Positions 50,960-62,192 of a stretch of 64,000 bases of DNA are shown in pieces (the first letter of the stretch is position 1; each line of letters begins with the position of its first letter). The stretch comes from Mobula hypostoma. Its lineage: Eukaryota. The notes beneath the pieces are model-generated. The model searched no databases. It had not been told where the DNA came from and worked only from the letters and a program-made list of their open reading frames with translations. Where the stretch lies: positions 185,692,001 through 185,756,000 of the forward strand of contig NC_086097.1 of the NCBI RefSeq assembly GCF_963921235.1. Reading direction: 5' to 3'. Made by a program: the position numbers and the translations under genes.

Positions 50960-53840
50960 ATAACCTTTGATGCCCTGGCTACTCAGATACCCATCAATCT
51001 CTGCCTTAAATACACCCAATGACTTGGCCTCCACTGCTGCCCGTGGCAACAAGTTCCATAGATTCACCACCCTCTGACTAAAAAAATTTCTTCACATTTC
51101 TGTTCTGAATGGGCGCCCTTCAATCCTTAAGTCATGCCCTCTCATACTAGACTCCCCCATCATGGGAAACAACTTTGCCACATCCACTCTGTCCATGCCT
51201 TTCATCATTCGAAATGTTTCTATAAGGTCTCCCCTCATTCTTCTAAACTCCAAGGAATACAGTCCAAGAGCAGACAAATGTTCCTCATATGCTAACCCTC
51301 TCATTCCCGGAATCATTCTAGTGAATCTTCTCTGTACCCTCTCCAACGTCAACGCATCCTTTCTTAAATAAGGAGACCAAAACTGCCCACAGTACTCCAA
51401 GTGAGGTCTCACCAGCACCTTATAGAGCCTCAACATCACATCCCTGCTCCTATACTCTATTCCTCTAGAAATAAATGCCAACATTGCATTCGCCTTCTTC
51501 ACCACCGACTCAACCTGGAGGTTAACCTTAAGGGTATCCTGTACGAGGACTCCCAAGTCCCGTTGCATCTCAGAACTTTGAATTCTCTCCCCATTTAAAT
51601 AATAGTCTTCCCGTTTATTTCTTCTGCCAAAGTGCATAACCATACACTTTCCAACATTGTACTTCATTTGCCACTTCTTTGCCCATTCTTCCAATCTATC
51701 CAAGTCTCTCTGCAGACTCTCCATTTCCTCAGCACTACCGGCCCCTCCACCTATCTTCGTATCGTCAGCAAACTTAGCCACAAAACCATCTATTCCATAA
51801 TCCAAATCGTTGATGTATAAGGTAAAAAGAAGAGGCCTCAACATGGACCCCTGTGGGACACCGCTGGTAACTGGCAGCCAACCAGAATAGGATCCCTTTA
51901 TTCCCACTCTCTGTTTCCTGCCAATCAGCCAAAGCTCTATCCACGTACTTAACTCTCCCGTAATTCCATGAGCTCTATCTTGTTAAGTAGCCTCATGTGT
52001 GGCACCTTGTCAAAGGCCTTCTGAAAATCCAAATATGCAACATCCACTGCATCTCCCTTGTCTAGCCTACTTGTAATTTCCTCAAAAAATTGTAATAGGT
52101 TTATCAGGCAGGATTTTCCTTAAAGGAATCCATGCTGAGTTCTACCTATCTTAACATATGCCTCCAGGCACTCTGTAACCTCATCCTTGACAATCGACTC
52201 CAACAACTTCGCAAAGACCGATGTCAAGCTAATAGGTCTATAATTTCCTTTTTGCTTCCTTGCCCCCTTCTTAAATAGTAGAGTGACATTTGCAATCTTC
52301 CAGTCCTCTGGAACCATGCCAGAATCTATCGACTTTTGAAAGATCATCGCTAATGCCTCCGCAATCTCCACAGCTACTTCCTTCAGAACACGAGGGTGCA
52401 TTCCATCTGGTCCGGGAGATTTATCTACCTTTAGACTATTCAGCTTCCTGAGTACTTTCTCTGTCGTAATTGTGACTGCGCACACTTCTCTTCCCTGCCA
52501 CCCTTGACTGTCCAGTATACTGCTGATGTCTTCCTCAGTGAAGACTGATACAAAATACTCATTCAGTTCCTCTGCCATCTCCTTATCTCCAATTACAATT
52601 TCTCCAGCATCATTTTCTATCGGTCCTATATCTACTCTCACCTGTCTTTTACTCTTTATATACTTGAAAAAGCTTTTAGTATCCTCTTTGATATTATTTG
52701 CTAGCTTCCTTTCATAGTTAATCTTTTCCCTCTTAATGACCCTAGTTTCCTTTTGTAAGCTTTTAAAAACTTCCCAATCCTCTGTCTTCCCACTAATTTT
52801 TGCTTCATTGTATGCCCTCTGCTTTAACTTTGGCTTTGACTTATCTTGTCAACCACGGTTGCATCCTTTTTCCACTCGAAAATTTCTTCTTTTTTGGAAT
52901 ATACCTGTCTTCCACCTTCCTCACTTCTCGCATAAACTCCAGCCACTGCTGCTCTGCTGTCTTTCCCGCCAGTGTCCCTTTCCAGTCAACTTTGGCCAGT
53001 TCCTCTGTCATGCCACTGTAATTTCCTTTACTCCACGAAATACCGACACATCAGATTTCGGCTTCTCTTTTTCAAATTTCACAGTGAACTCAATCATGTT
53101 TTGATCACTGCCTCCTAAGGATTCCTTCACCTCAGTCTGTCTAATCACCTCCGGTTCATTACACAATACCCAATCCAGTACAGCCGATCCCCTAGTGGGC
53201 TCGACAACAAGCTGTTCTAAAAAGCCATCTCACAGACATTCTACAAATTCTCTCTCTTGAGATCCAGTGCCGACCTGATTTTCCCAATCCACTCGCATGT
53301 TAAAATCCCCCACAATTATCATAACACTGCCCTTCTGACAAGCCTTTTCTATTTCCTGTTGTAATTTGTAGTCCACATCGCTGCAGCTGTTTGGAAGCCT
53401 GTATATAACTGCCATCAGGGTTCTTTTACCCCTGCGATTTCTTAGCTCAACCCATAAATATTCTGCGCCTTCCGATCCTATATCACCTCTTTCTAATGAT
53501 TTAATATCATTTCTTACCAGTAAAGCCATGCCTCCCCCTCTGCCTACCTTCCTATCCTTCCGATACACTGTGTATCCTTGGACGTTCAGCTCCCAGAGAC
53601 ATGCATCCTTTAGCCACGTCTCAGTGATGGCCACAATATCATACCTGCCAATCTGTAGCTGTACAACAAGATCATCCACCTTATTCCTTATGCTGCATGC
53701 ATTTAAGTATAACACCTTAAGACCAGTATTTGGTACTTTTCGCTTTGGTTTCACTGCAACTTTATTGCACTGCAACTCATCCCAATGGCTACAAATTTGC
53801 CCCATCACCTGCCTATCTTTCCTGACATCTTTACTGCTCA
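50960..53840 (-). pseudogene. CR1 ORF2p (APE endonuclease and RT), a few stops/frameshifts
   Basis: YLNACSIRNK, ITETWL, GDFN; KSPGPDG, NYRPISL, GVPQGS, FADDTK, RPHLEYC. Confidence 0.92.
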
Positions 53841-54806
53841 CTATCTTAGATTTATTTCTGTTTTCCCCTTCCTCCGCTCTATCATTCTGGTTCCCATCCC
53901 CTTGCCAAATTTGTTTAAACCCTCCTTAACAGCTCTATTAAACTTTCCCGCCAGGATATTGGTCCCCTTCGGGTTCAGGTGTAACTTGTCCTTTTTGAAC
54001 AGGTCATACTTCCCCCAGAAGAGATCCCAATTATCCAAGAAACTGAAGCCCTGCCCCTTGCACCAGTCTCTGAGCCACACATTCATCTGCCTGATCCTGC
54101 TATTCTTGCCCTTGCTAGCACGTGGCACAGGTAGCAATCCCGAGATTACTACCCTGGAGGTTCTGCTTCTCAGCTTCCTTCCTAACTCCCGGAAATCTCT
54201 CTTCAGGACCTCCTCCGTTGTCCTATCTATGTCATTGGTACCAACATGTACCAAGACAACTGGCTGCTCACCCTCCCCCTTCAGAATATTCTGGACCCGA
54301 TCCAAGACATCCCGTACCCTGGCACCTGGGAGGCAACACACCATGCGGGTATCTCTATCAGGCTCACAGAATCTCCTGTCCATTCCTCTGACTATGGAAT
54401 CCCCTATGACTACCGCATTCCTCTTCTCCCTCCTTCTCTCCTGCACAACAGCGCCAGGCTCAGTGCCAGAGACCTGGTCACCGTGGGCGTCCCTTGTCAG
54501 GTCATCCCCCTCAACAGCATCCAGAATAAGATATTTGTTGCTGAGGGGGATAGCCACAGGTGTGCTCTGCACTATCCAGGCATATCCCTTCCCTCTCTAG
54601 ACAGTGACCCAGTTTTCTGACCCCTGTAGCCTAGGGATGACTACCTCCCTGTAGCTCCTGTCTATCACCTCTTCACTTTCCCTAACACGGTCTCTGAGGA
54701 GCTGCATCTCGGTGCACCTGGCGCAGATGTGGCCATCAGGGAGGCTGGAGGTCTCCTAGGATTACCACATCTGACACCCTGAGCTAAGCACTAACCCTAC
54801 AGGCAT
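53841..54806 (-). pseudogene. CR1 ORF1p (zinc finger plus SGNH esterase)
   Basis: 243-aa open segment with VIGDSIVRG, VHVGTND and DKLHLN; the N-terminal MPVGLV..CQMW* has a premature stop. Confidence 0.88.
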
Positions 54807-55250
54807 GCTATCTAATTCTACAGGAATGAAACAGGAAAAATAAGTCTACTCACCCACTTACCTCGCCAAACAGAAGAACTTTTTAAACCGTTAGCTTGTA
54901 CCGTTAGCTGTGAGAGCTCTGCTGCTCCTGTCTGTCCGGGCCAATTTCCGAAGGGGGGAGGGGAGAAAAGAAAAGTTGGTGCCTCGCTCTCGCCTCTTCC
55001 CGTTTACCGCCGAAGCCCGTTGAAGCCAAAGCCCTACACTCTGCTACCGCTTACTCCGCTGCCTGCTCTGACAGCTGCCGAAAGGACACCCCTTTAGAAC
55101 TGAGATGAAGCATTTTAACCCAGAGGGTGGAAGTTGGGGGCAAAGTTGACAAGGTTGATGAGCTCAGCATGGCTGCAGGAAGCAGCATCAATGCAATCAT
55201 CAACGTAGCATAGGAAGAGTTGGGGAGCGATGCTGGTGTAGGCTTGAAAC

Positions 55251-57917
55251 ATGAGCCTACATAGCTTACGAAAAGGCATGCGTAGCTGGGACCCATGTGA
55301 GAGTCCATGGTTTGAAGGGAGGAGTGGAAGGAGAAATTATTTGGATCATGTGGGGATTAATCAAACCTTTTGTGATTTTTATTCTTCTTTATATCAATCA
55401 GAGTCTCCTCGAGATTCTAAATATATGAATGATTTTTTAGATAAGTTAGACTTCCCTCAGATTTCACAGGATATGTCTTCTTTATTAGATACTTCCATTA
55501 CAATGGATGAGATTAAGAATGTTATTTTTTCTATGAATCTGGGGAAAGCTCCTGGCCCTGATGGGTTTACCGTTGAATTTTATAAATGTTTTGCTTCTTT
55601 ATTGATTCCTTGGCTCTATAAGGTTTTTGAGGCTTCTTTGAAACTTGGTAAACTTCCGGAATCTTTTAATAGAGCATCAATTTCTTTAATACTAAAGAAG
55701 GATAAAGACCCTGCTCAATGTGCATCTTATAGACCAATATCTTTATTAAATGTTGATTCTAAAGTTTTTTCTAAGTTATTAGCAAATAGACTAGAAAAAG
55801 TACTTCCTTCTATTATTTCGGAAGACCAAACAGGTTTTATTAAAGGTCGTTACTCTTTTTATAATATTCGTACATTGTTAAATATCGTTTATACTCCCTC
55901 ACAAAATGTTCCTGAGTGTGTTATTTCTTTAGATGCCGAGAAAGCTTTTGATAGAGTAGAATGGCCTTATTTATTTAAGGTGCTTGAAATGTTTAATTTT
56001 AGCTTGAAATTTATATCCTGGATTAAACTGTTATATCACTCCCCTGTAGCCTCGGTTCGTACTAACTCCTTAAACTCACCTTTTTTTCCTCTCTTTCGTG
56101 GTACTCGACAAGGCTGTCCTCTTAGTCCCCTATTATTTGATATTGCATTAGAACCTCTTGCAATTGCTATTCGAGAATCTTCAAATATTACTGGGATAAC
56201 TCGGGGATTAAAGTCCCATAAATTATCACTCTATGCTGATGATTTACTTTTATATATTTCTAATCCTGAGAGATCCATTCCTGCTGTTTTAGAGTTATTA
56301 GCACAATTTGGTCTTTTCTCAGGTTATAAATTAAATCTTAGTAAGAGTGAACTTTTTCCGATTAATAAACATCTTCCCTTATATTATAAATTTCCATTTA
56401 AATTGATTAATAATTACTTTTCATATCTTGGGATTAAAATTACTTGTAAACATAAAGATTTATTTAAGACTAACTTTTTACCATTAATAGACCATATTAC
56501 TCAACTTTCATCTAAATGGTTTCCCTTATATTTAACTTTGATTGGTCGTATTAATGCAGTTAAGATGTTTTTTTTGCCAAAATTTTTATATGTGTTTCAG
56601 GCATTACCAATTTTCGTTCCTAAATCTTTTTTTGATAAAGTTGACTCTAAAATTTCTTCATTTATTTGGCAGAATAAGAATCCGAGACTGGGTAAAATAC
56701 ATTTACAGAAAGCTAAGAGAGATGGAGGTTTAGCATTACCTAACTTTAGATTTTATTATTGGGCTATTAATATTCGACATATGAAATTTTGGTTACTTGA
56801 CCGGGACATACTATCTATTCCTAAATGGGTAGCATTGGAATTACAATCTGTTCAGGGTTATACACTTGGTTCTATTTTAGGTTCCTCTCTTCCTTTTGAT
56901 TCGAAACGCCTTAAGCAGGTCTCTAACCCGATAGTTAAATATGCTTTGCGCATTTGGTTTCAATTCAGAAAATTTTTTGATCTTAATCAATTCGGGTTAG
57001 CGATTCCTATTTTAGGTAACATATTTTTTCCTCCCTCTTTTACGGATCGCGCTTTTCAAACTTGGAAGACTAAGGGTATTTTACGGTTTTTGGATTTATT
57101 TTTAGATGGTTCCCTTATGTCTTTTGAACAATTATCTAATAAATATAACTTATCAAGAATACATTTTTTTAGATATTTACAAGTTAGAAATTTCCTAAGT
57201 ACTATACTTTCTTCCTTTCCAATGCTTCCTCCTATATATATTTTAGATTCGATAATTAACCTTAATCCATGTCAGAAAGGTGCATCGGCTATGATTTATA
57301 ATATTATTATGAAACTTAGGAAAGCTCCATTTGATAAGATTAGGGTAGATTGGGAACAGGAATTGGGGCTTACCATTTCTGTGGATGATTGGGGGCAGAT
57401 TTTACAATTAGTTAATACTTCCTCTATTTGTGCTAAACATTCCCTAATTCAATTTAAAGTGGTTCATAGAGCACATATGTCCAAAGATAAGTTAGCGCGT
57501 TTTTACTCGCATATTAATCCTTTCTGTGATAGATGTTCGGGGCAGATAGCCTCTTTAACTCATATGTTTTGGTCTTGCCCTACTTTGGAAACTTTTTGGA
57601 GAGATATTTTCAATATTATTTCTAAGGTATTAAATATAGATATCTCTCCTCACCCTATTACTGCTATCTTTGGACTACCTAAAATTTCTAGTAATCTTTC
57701 CCCTTCAGCCCGTAGAATGATTGCATTTCTTACTTTAATGGCGAAAAGATGTATTTTACAACATTGGAAAGAGCTTAATGCTCCAACTACCTTTTTTTGG
57801 TTTTCTCAGACGATTTTATGTTTGAATCTGGAGAAAATTAGAAGTAATCTTTATGATTCTTCATTTAAATTTGAACAGATTTGGGGACCTTTTATTCGAT
57901 ATTTTCATTTAATGTAA
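55251..57917 (+). CDS. L1 ORF2 RT plus C-terminal CCHC domain (endonuclease missing; first ~30 codons come from flanking DNA)
   Basis: 888-aa uninterrupted ORF with KAPGPDGF, YRPISLLN, SLDAEKAFDRV, GTRQGCPLSP, YADD, YLGI and CDRC..HMFWSC. Confidence 0.9.
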   Translation: MSLHSLRKGMRSWDPCESPWFEGRSGRRNYLDHVGINQTFCDFYSSLYQSESPRDSKYMNDFLDKLDFPQISQDMSSLLDTSITMDEIKNVIFSMNLGKAPGPDGFTVEFYKCFASLLIPWLYKVFEASLKLGKLPESFNRASISLILKKDKDPAQCASYRPISLLNVDSKVFSKLLANRLEKVLPSIISEDQTGFIKGRYSFYNIRTLLNIVYTPSQNVPECVISLDAEKAFDRVEWPYLFKVLEMFNFSLKFISWIKLLYHSPVASVRTNSLNSPFFPLFRGTRQGCPLSPLLFDIALEPLAIAIRESSNITGITRGLKSHKLSLYADDLLLYISNPERSIPAVLELLAQFGLFSGYKLNLSKSELFPINKHLPLYYKFPFKLINNYFSYLGIKITCKHKDLFKTNFLPLIDHITQLSSKWFPLYLTLIGRINAVKMFFLPKFLYVFQALPIFVPKSFFDKVDSKISSFIWQNKNPRLGKIHLQKAKRDGGLALPNFRFYYWAINIRHMKFWLLDRDILSIPKWVALELQSVQGYTLGSILGSSLPFDSKRLKQVSNPIVKYALRIWFQFRKFFDLNQFGLAIPILGNIFFPPSFTDRAFQTWKTKGILRFLDLFLDGSLMSFEQLSNKYNLSRIHFFRYLQVRNFLSTILSSFPMLPPIYILDSIINLNPCQKGASAMIYNIIMKLRKAPFDKIRVDWEQELGLTISVDDWGQILQLVNTSSICAKHSLIQFKVVHRAHMSKDKLARFYSHINPFCDRCSGQIASLTHMFWSCPTLETFWRDIFNIISKVLNIDISPHPITAIFGLPKISSNLSPSARRMIAFLTLMAKRCILQHWKELNAPTTFFWFSQTILCLNLEKIRSNLYDSSFKFEQIWGPFIRYFHLM

Positions 57918-58273
57918 TATTTACCCTTCTTGTTTTTTTTTTCACTGTTTTAATGGAGGTCGGGATTGAGGACGTGATTTTAAGTTTAACTCTGTTTGGT
58001 TTCAAGTTAGCCCATTGCTTTGCTTTGCTTTTAGTTAGTTGCACGGTGGGTTTTTTTTTTGGGGTTTTTTTTTCTTTTTTTTTCCATTGATATATATAAA
58101 ATCTAGTATACTATTATGTTATCTTGCTTTCTTATGCTTAAATTACATTGTTTGTAGTATTTTCTTTTTGGTATTGTTATCTTTTGGAATTTTATTATAC
58201 TTTAACATTGTATTAATGTTTATATGGCTTACCTTTTTTGTATACTTACTCAATAAAAAGATTTAAAAAGAAA
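55342..58273 (+). mobile_element. Young 5'-truncated L1-clade LINE
   Basis: 16-bp TSD ggaaggagaaattatt (55326-55341 / 58274-58289); AATAAA at 58252; A-rich tail. Confidence 0.95.
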
Positions 58274-59415
58274 GGAAGGAGAAATTATTGAGGGTGATGA
58301 CTAGTTCTGCCAGACGAAGAAGAGTGGTGGTGGAGGGGAACTGGCTGGGTATGTTTCCAGAAAGAACCGGAGAACTTTAAGGCTCTCGTGATGGAGGGTG
58401 GATGTGTTAGCAACTGGACATATGTAGTGAAAATAAAATGATCAGGGACAGAGCACTTCAAGTCATTGAAAAGACAAAGAGCAGGTGAAGTGTCATGAAT
58501 GTAGATAGGGACTGAACCAGGCATTTTTAAAAAATCAACTGTGATTGACACAGACTCAATGGGCCGAATGACGGAATTTTGCTCCTATATCTTGTGGTGT
58601 TATGGGATATTTGGAAGAGGGGTAAATGAACATGTGTGCCAGCTTTCCATAAATATTCAGACAACAATATATTTATCTCCATTCCTCTTCAAAGGATAAA
58701 AGATCTGATGATCAATGTTTTCAAAGCTGTTGATAGCAGAGACATATGATCTTTTGCAGGAAGAGCTTCAACCATGCACCTCTGTCTGGATGGCTCTGAC
58801 TATGTAGGTGAAGATCTTTGATTTATTTCACACATAGTCTCTAAATAATTCCAGGCAGGAGTGGCTGATCTTTGCAACGTATCACAGTTTACTGAGCACC
58901 ACAGGTCATTGATACTCCATATTCAAACAAAATAGATTCTTTATCCTTTGGCAGTAACCATTATGCATAATAAGGGAAATATTTGTTTCAAGCTCCTCTT
59001 TGGAAAGAAATTCAATGTGTATTGCACACTGAGCATACATTGTAGGTGACCACGAGAAGGAAATTCTCTTGTGCTAAATGTACTTCTCTTGTACCTGCAA
59101 AATTCACCTGACACTTTCAATTTTAGGTAATGGCCAATGTCACACTGAGGAAGGATCAGATCCTGGGAATAAGGCATATCTTCTTTATATGATTGTCTTC
59201 TTTTCCCTACTGCAATTAATATAGGAAGAGCTTCATTGTAATATTTACGGTATTACCAAGACCATCAAGAATGTTGTCGTCTCCAAATTGACATTCCTAC
59301 GCAAAAACAGAGACCCCATGCTGGGGAGATTATAATGGGGCCAGGAGACAACAATAAAGTGCAATGAAAATTGCATGCTTTTTCACCTTACCTTTTCTCA
59401 GCTCTTTGTTAAGGA

Positions 59416-59623
59416 GCAACACACAAAAAGTGCTGGAGGAAAAATGCAGGCCAGGCAGCATCTATGAAAAAGAGTACAGTCGATGTTTCGGCCTGAAACC
59501 CTTTGGCAGGACTGTACTACGGCTTGTACCCTTTTCCATAGATGCTGCTTGGCCTGCGGAGTACTTACAGCATTTTGTGTGTGTTGCTCAGATTTCCAGC
59601 ATCTGGAGATTTTCTTTTGTTTG
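59416..59623. mobile_element. Penelope fold-back pLTR element
   Basis: Inverted arms; decayed hammerhead on the minus strand; TSD-like tctttgttaagga (59403-59415) / tctctgttaagga (59624-59636). Confidence 0.8.
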
Positions 59624-59847
59624 TCTCTGTTAAGGATGAACAATTCTCCTCAAGCAACATGAGCCTCTGTGACCCAAAGGGTATTCTCTGTTCTCTTTGT
59701 AGGATATTGTTGACAAACATCCTGCAAGAATAAAGAAGGAGTTAATATCAAAGTTTCAGTAATAATGTGATTTTCAATACACAGTTGTTGTGATTAAGCT
59801 TGTGTGTCCTGCATGTTGTTCAGAATACCTGATATGAACAGCAGCTA

Positions 59848-59849
<2 letters not shown>

Positions 59850-59893
<44 letters not shown>
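59850..59893. repeat. (GT)22 microsatellite, followed by short (TA)n(CA)n
   Basis: Read directly from the sequence. Confidence 0.97.
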
Positions 59894-59895
<2 letters not shown>

Positions 59896-60283
59896 ATATA
59901 TATACACACACACATGCACACACTTATGTTGATGAGATGGGAAGAAGTGCAGAGCCTGTGACTAAAATGAGGATGACTAAGGACATCGCCCAATTGTTTG
60001 AGTGTGTGTGCTTGTAAATAAATTGATCTGTGAGTTACATAAAGGTTGCTCTTATGAGATCAGGTTCTAGAAGTCAAAGTGCAAATGTTGACAAAATAAG
60101 TGAAATAGGGTTCTGCTCCCAGGTTCACTGATACCTACGTCTGGTGGTTATTCCTGCTTCCTTCTGATACCTCCTCCTCTTCAGCTCTCATCCTGGGGTC
60201 TACCTGCAGTGCAATCAGGATTACTAGCAGAGCACAGGATAGACACTCCTTTTCAAGTGCATTCCATTTGTAGGTTGCATCTA

Positions 60284-61184
60284 CAGACATCCCACCTCTC
60301 GCAGAAGTTCTGGGAGTCTCCCGCATATTGATAGCGGCTCCCTGATGCCTGCAAATTATATACAATATCCCGGAAATTGATTTTTTTGAGTGCAAGTGAG
60401 GGAGAGGGAGAGAGACAGAGAGAGCGAGTGACTGACGTAGTGAGAGGGTGAAAGAGAGAGCATCCTGATTGGTCTCTCTTTGTGCTAGGTAGACCTATCA
60501 ATTTTCTCTGTGGGCGGGCTTTAGTCGACACCTCTCTCCCTCTCTTTCATTGTCCATCAGTTCAGTTTAGTGTCTTGCAGCACCATGGCAGAGTGTTCCA
60601 AAAAGAGAAAATGTAAAATGTACTTCACCCCAGACTAATAGGGGTCAAAAATGACAGTATTGCTCGCTGCACTGTTTGCAACAGTGACTTTTCTATTGCC
60701 CATGGTGGGTTAGGACTGTAAAAGACATGTTGAGGTGAGTTTAACAGGTGTCATTCATTCATTAGTGTAGCTAACGTTATTTAAACTAGCTGACTAGCTG
60801 CTAAGGAGCTACTCTATTGATGTCCTGCGTGATGAGGCCAAGCTCCCTGTAGACTTGCTTAAAGTTGTAATAGAGTAAAAAAAAATGACTGCATAATAAC
60901 ATAATATAATATAAGTACATATTTTAATGTCACATTTTCTGCATAAGACAATATAATAAGGATACACCTTATGCTTTTAGGGACCACAACATATTAGGGA
61001 GGCTGAGCGCAGGGAAGGCTGCTCAAGTATTTCACAGTCCTTTTCAGCAGAAAACCAAAGACTGAAGAGAAGGTCGACCGGGAGGTGGGGGGGTTGGGGG
61101 TGGATATGGGGATGTGGGGGGGGAGGCGCGTGGGGGTGGTAGTGCTACCTCCCTGAAATGAGTTTTTGCAGGGTGGGATGTCTG
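60284..61184 (+). mobile_element. Internally deleted hAT-like DNA transposon (901 bp)
   Basis: 13-bp TIRs CAGACATCCCACC / GGTGGGATGTCTG; flanks catcta/cattta; BED-finger-like remnant ARCTVCNSDFSIAHGG..KRHVE at 60585-60734. Confidence 0.8.
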
Positions 61185-62192
61185 CATTTAGTAAATGGTA
61201 CAATGTTAAATTGTATGCAAAATAAAATGAGAGATGCTGAATAGAGTTGAGCAATGAAAGAAACAAAAATTGAAAAGAAATTTAATTGGCCACAACAGTT
61301 ACTAGATACTAAAAGGAGTATTCATGTTTTTTTAAGCTTAAACTTTCAATGCCGGAAATCTTGTTTGGCACTAATTAAGACTTGTAGACACATTAAAAAT
61401 CACTTGCACATCAATGTACAGGCCTTGACCTTTCCCTGGCATGTTTAGTGGATAACTGGACTGACTTCATGCATTTCATTTATCTGATCACTGCGTGTCT
61501 TGGCAAGCCAAAAATTCACGAGTGAGCTAATTTCCTTCAATAATAATCCTGAACATTGAAAGCCTTATGGTTATGTGGCCAATATTATTGGGGACTTGAT
61601 TTCACTTTGTGTAGAAGGAATAACATTATTCTAAATTAGGTTCTTAGCTAAAGGCATCACTAGTAGGTCTGAATTTATTAATTCCTTGGTATTCTGAGAA
61701 GGCAAGATTGCAATTATTTTTGTCAAATTAATCTCAAAATTTGTCAAATTTATATATAGGGTAATATTTTCATTTAGTTGTAAGGTGCATTTGTAAACCA
61801 ATTAACTGTTGGTAAGAGTTCAGCAGTTATCATAGCTATTTTCCCTGAAACCAGCCCACAAATTACCAGGTTTATTAAATACAAAGAGCAAAACTTTAAT
61901 AGATAAATAGGTAAGAACACTGAAAATAGTGAAAGAATAGTGGAATGATTATTTAACAAATTGATGATGAGCATTATAAGCATAATTTCTATAAACTTAT
62001 GATGCCCATTATCAGTTTGAGAAAATGCTATTCCTAAACTGGGAGTAGAGCTAATGGTTGTATTAGAAATTCTGTTTAATTCCCAATTTGTTTTTTTTCT
62101 GCTTTATATCTTTGTTTTTATCTGAGCAGCAAAGCAAATACATGAAATATGCAGACTATTGTGAAAAGTAACCAGTGTTTAAAACTTTGCAG

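Larger units (their letters stand above)
50840..55079 (-). mobile_element. Full-length, relatively young CR1 LINE (4240 bp)
   Basis: 8-bp TSD gaaaggac (50832-50839 / 55080-55087); CpG-rich 5'UTR, ORF1, ORF2 and (TCTTATGG) tail. Confidence 0.95.
55125..58515 (-). mobile_element. Penelope RT fragment split by the L1 (pieces ~55125-55341 and 58274-58515)
   Basis: Rejoined minus strand reads ..FPSTTTLLRLAELVITLNNFSF..MGPSYACLFVSYV.., typical of Penelope RT. Confidence 0.8.
58941..60280 (-). pseudogene. Possible decayed antisense multi-exon gene for a signal-peptide-bearing Cys-rich protein (TNFR-like or CART-like; unresolved)
   Basis: Chain of phase-compatible splice sites (exons ~60280-60139, 59721-59392, 59296-59249, 59144-58941); hydrophobic CALLVILIAL; Cys motifs ENREY..GSCCL, CDIGHY, AQENFL..CSVC. 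Confidence 0.35.

Noticed and set aside
53785..54620. 271-aa and 124-aa plus-strand ORFs
   Set aside because: Antisense shadows of CR1 ORF1.
54818..54861. Intron within the CR1 5'UTR
   Set aside because: The donor-to-acceptor distance of 44 nt is too short for a typical vertebrate intron.
58759..59756. Plus-strand exon candidates starting at 58759 and 59703
   Set aside because: Both would be phase 0 to 2 or hit stops, which is incompatible with exon 4; acceptor-like tracts are common in AT-rich DNA.
61081..61140. G-quadruplex-forming G-runs
   Set aside because: Lies inside the hAT element's subterminal region; no evidence of host function.
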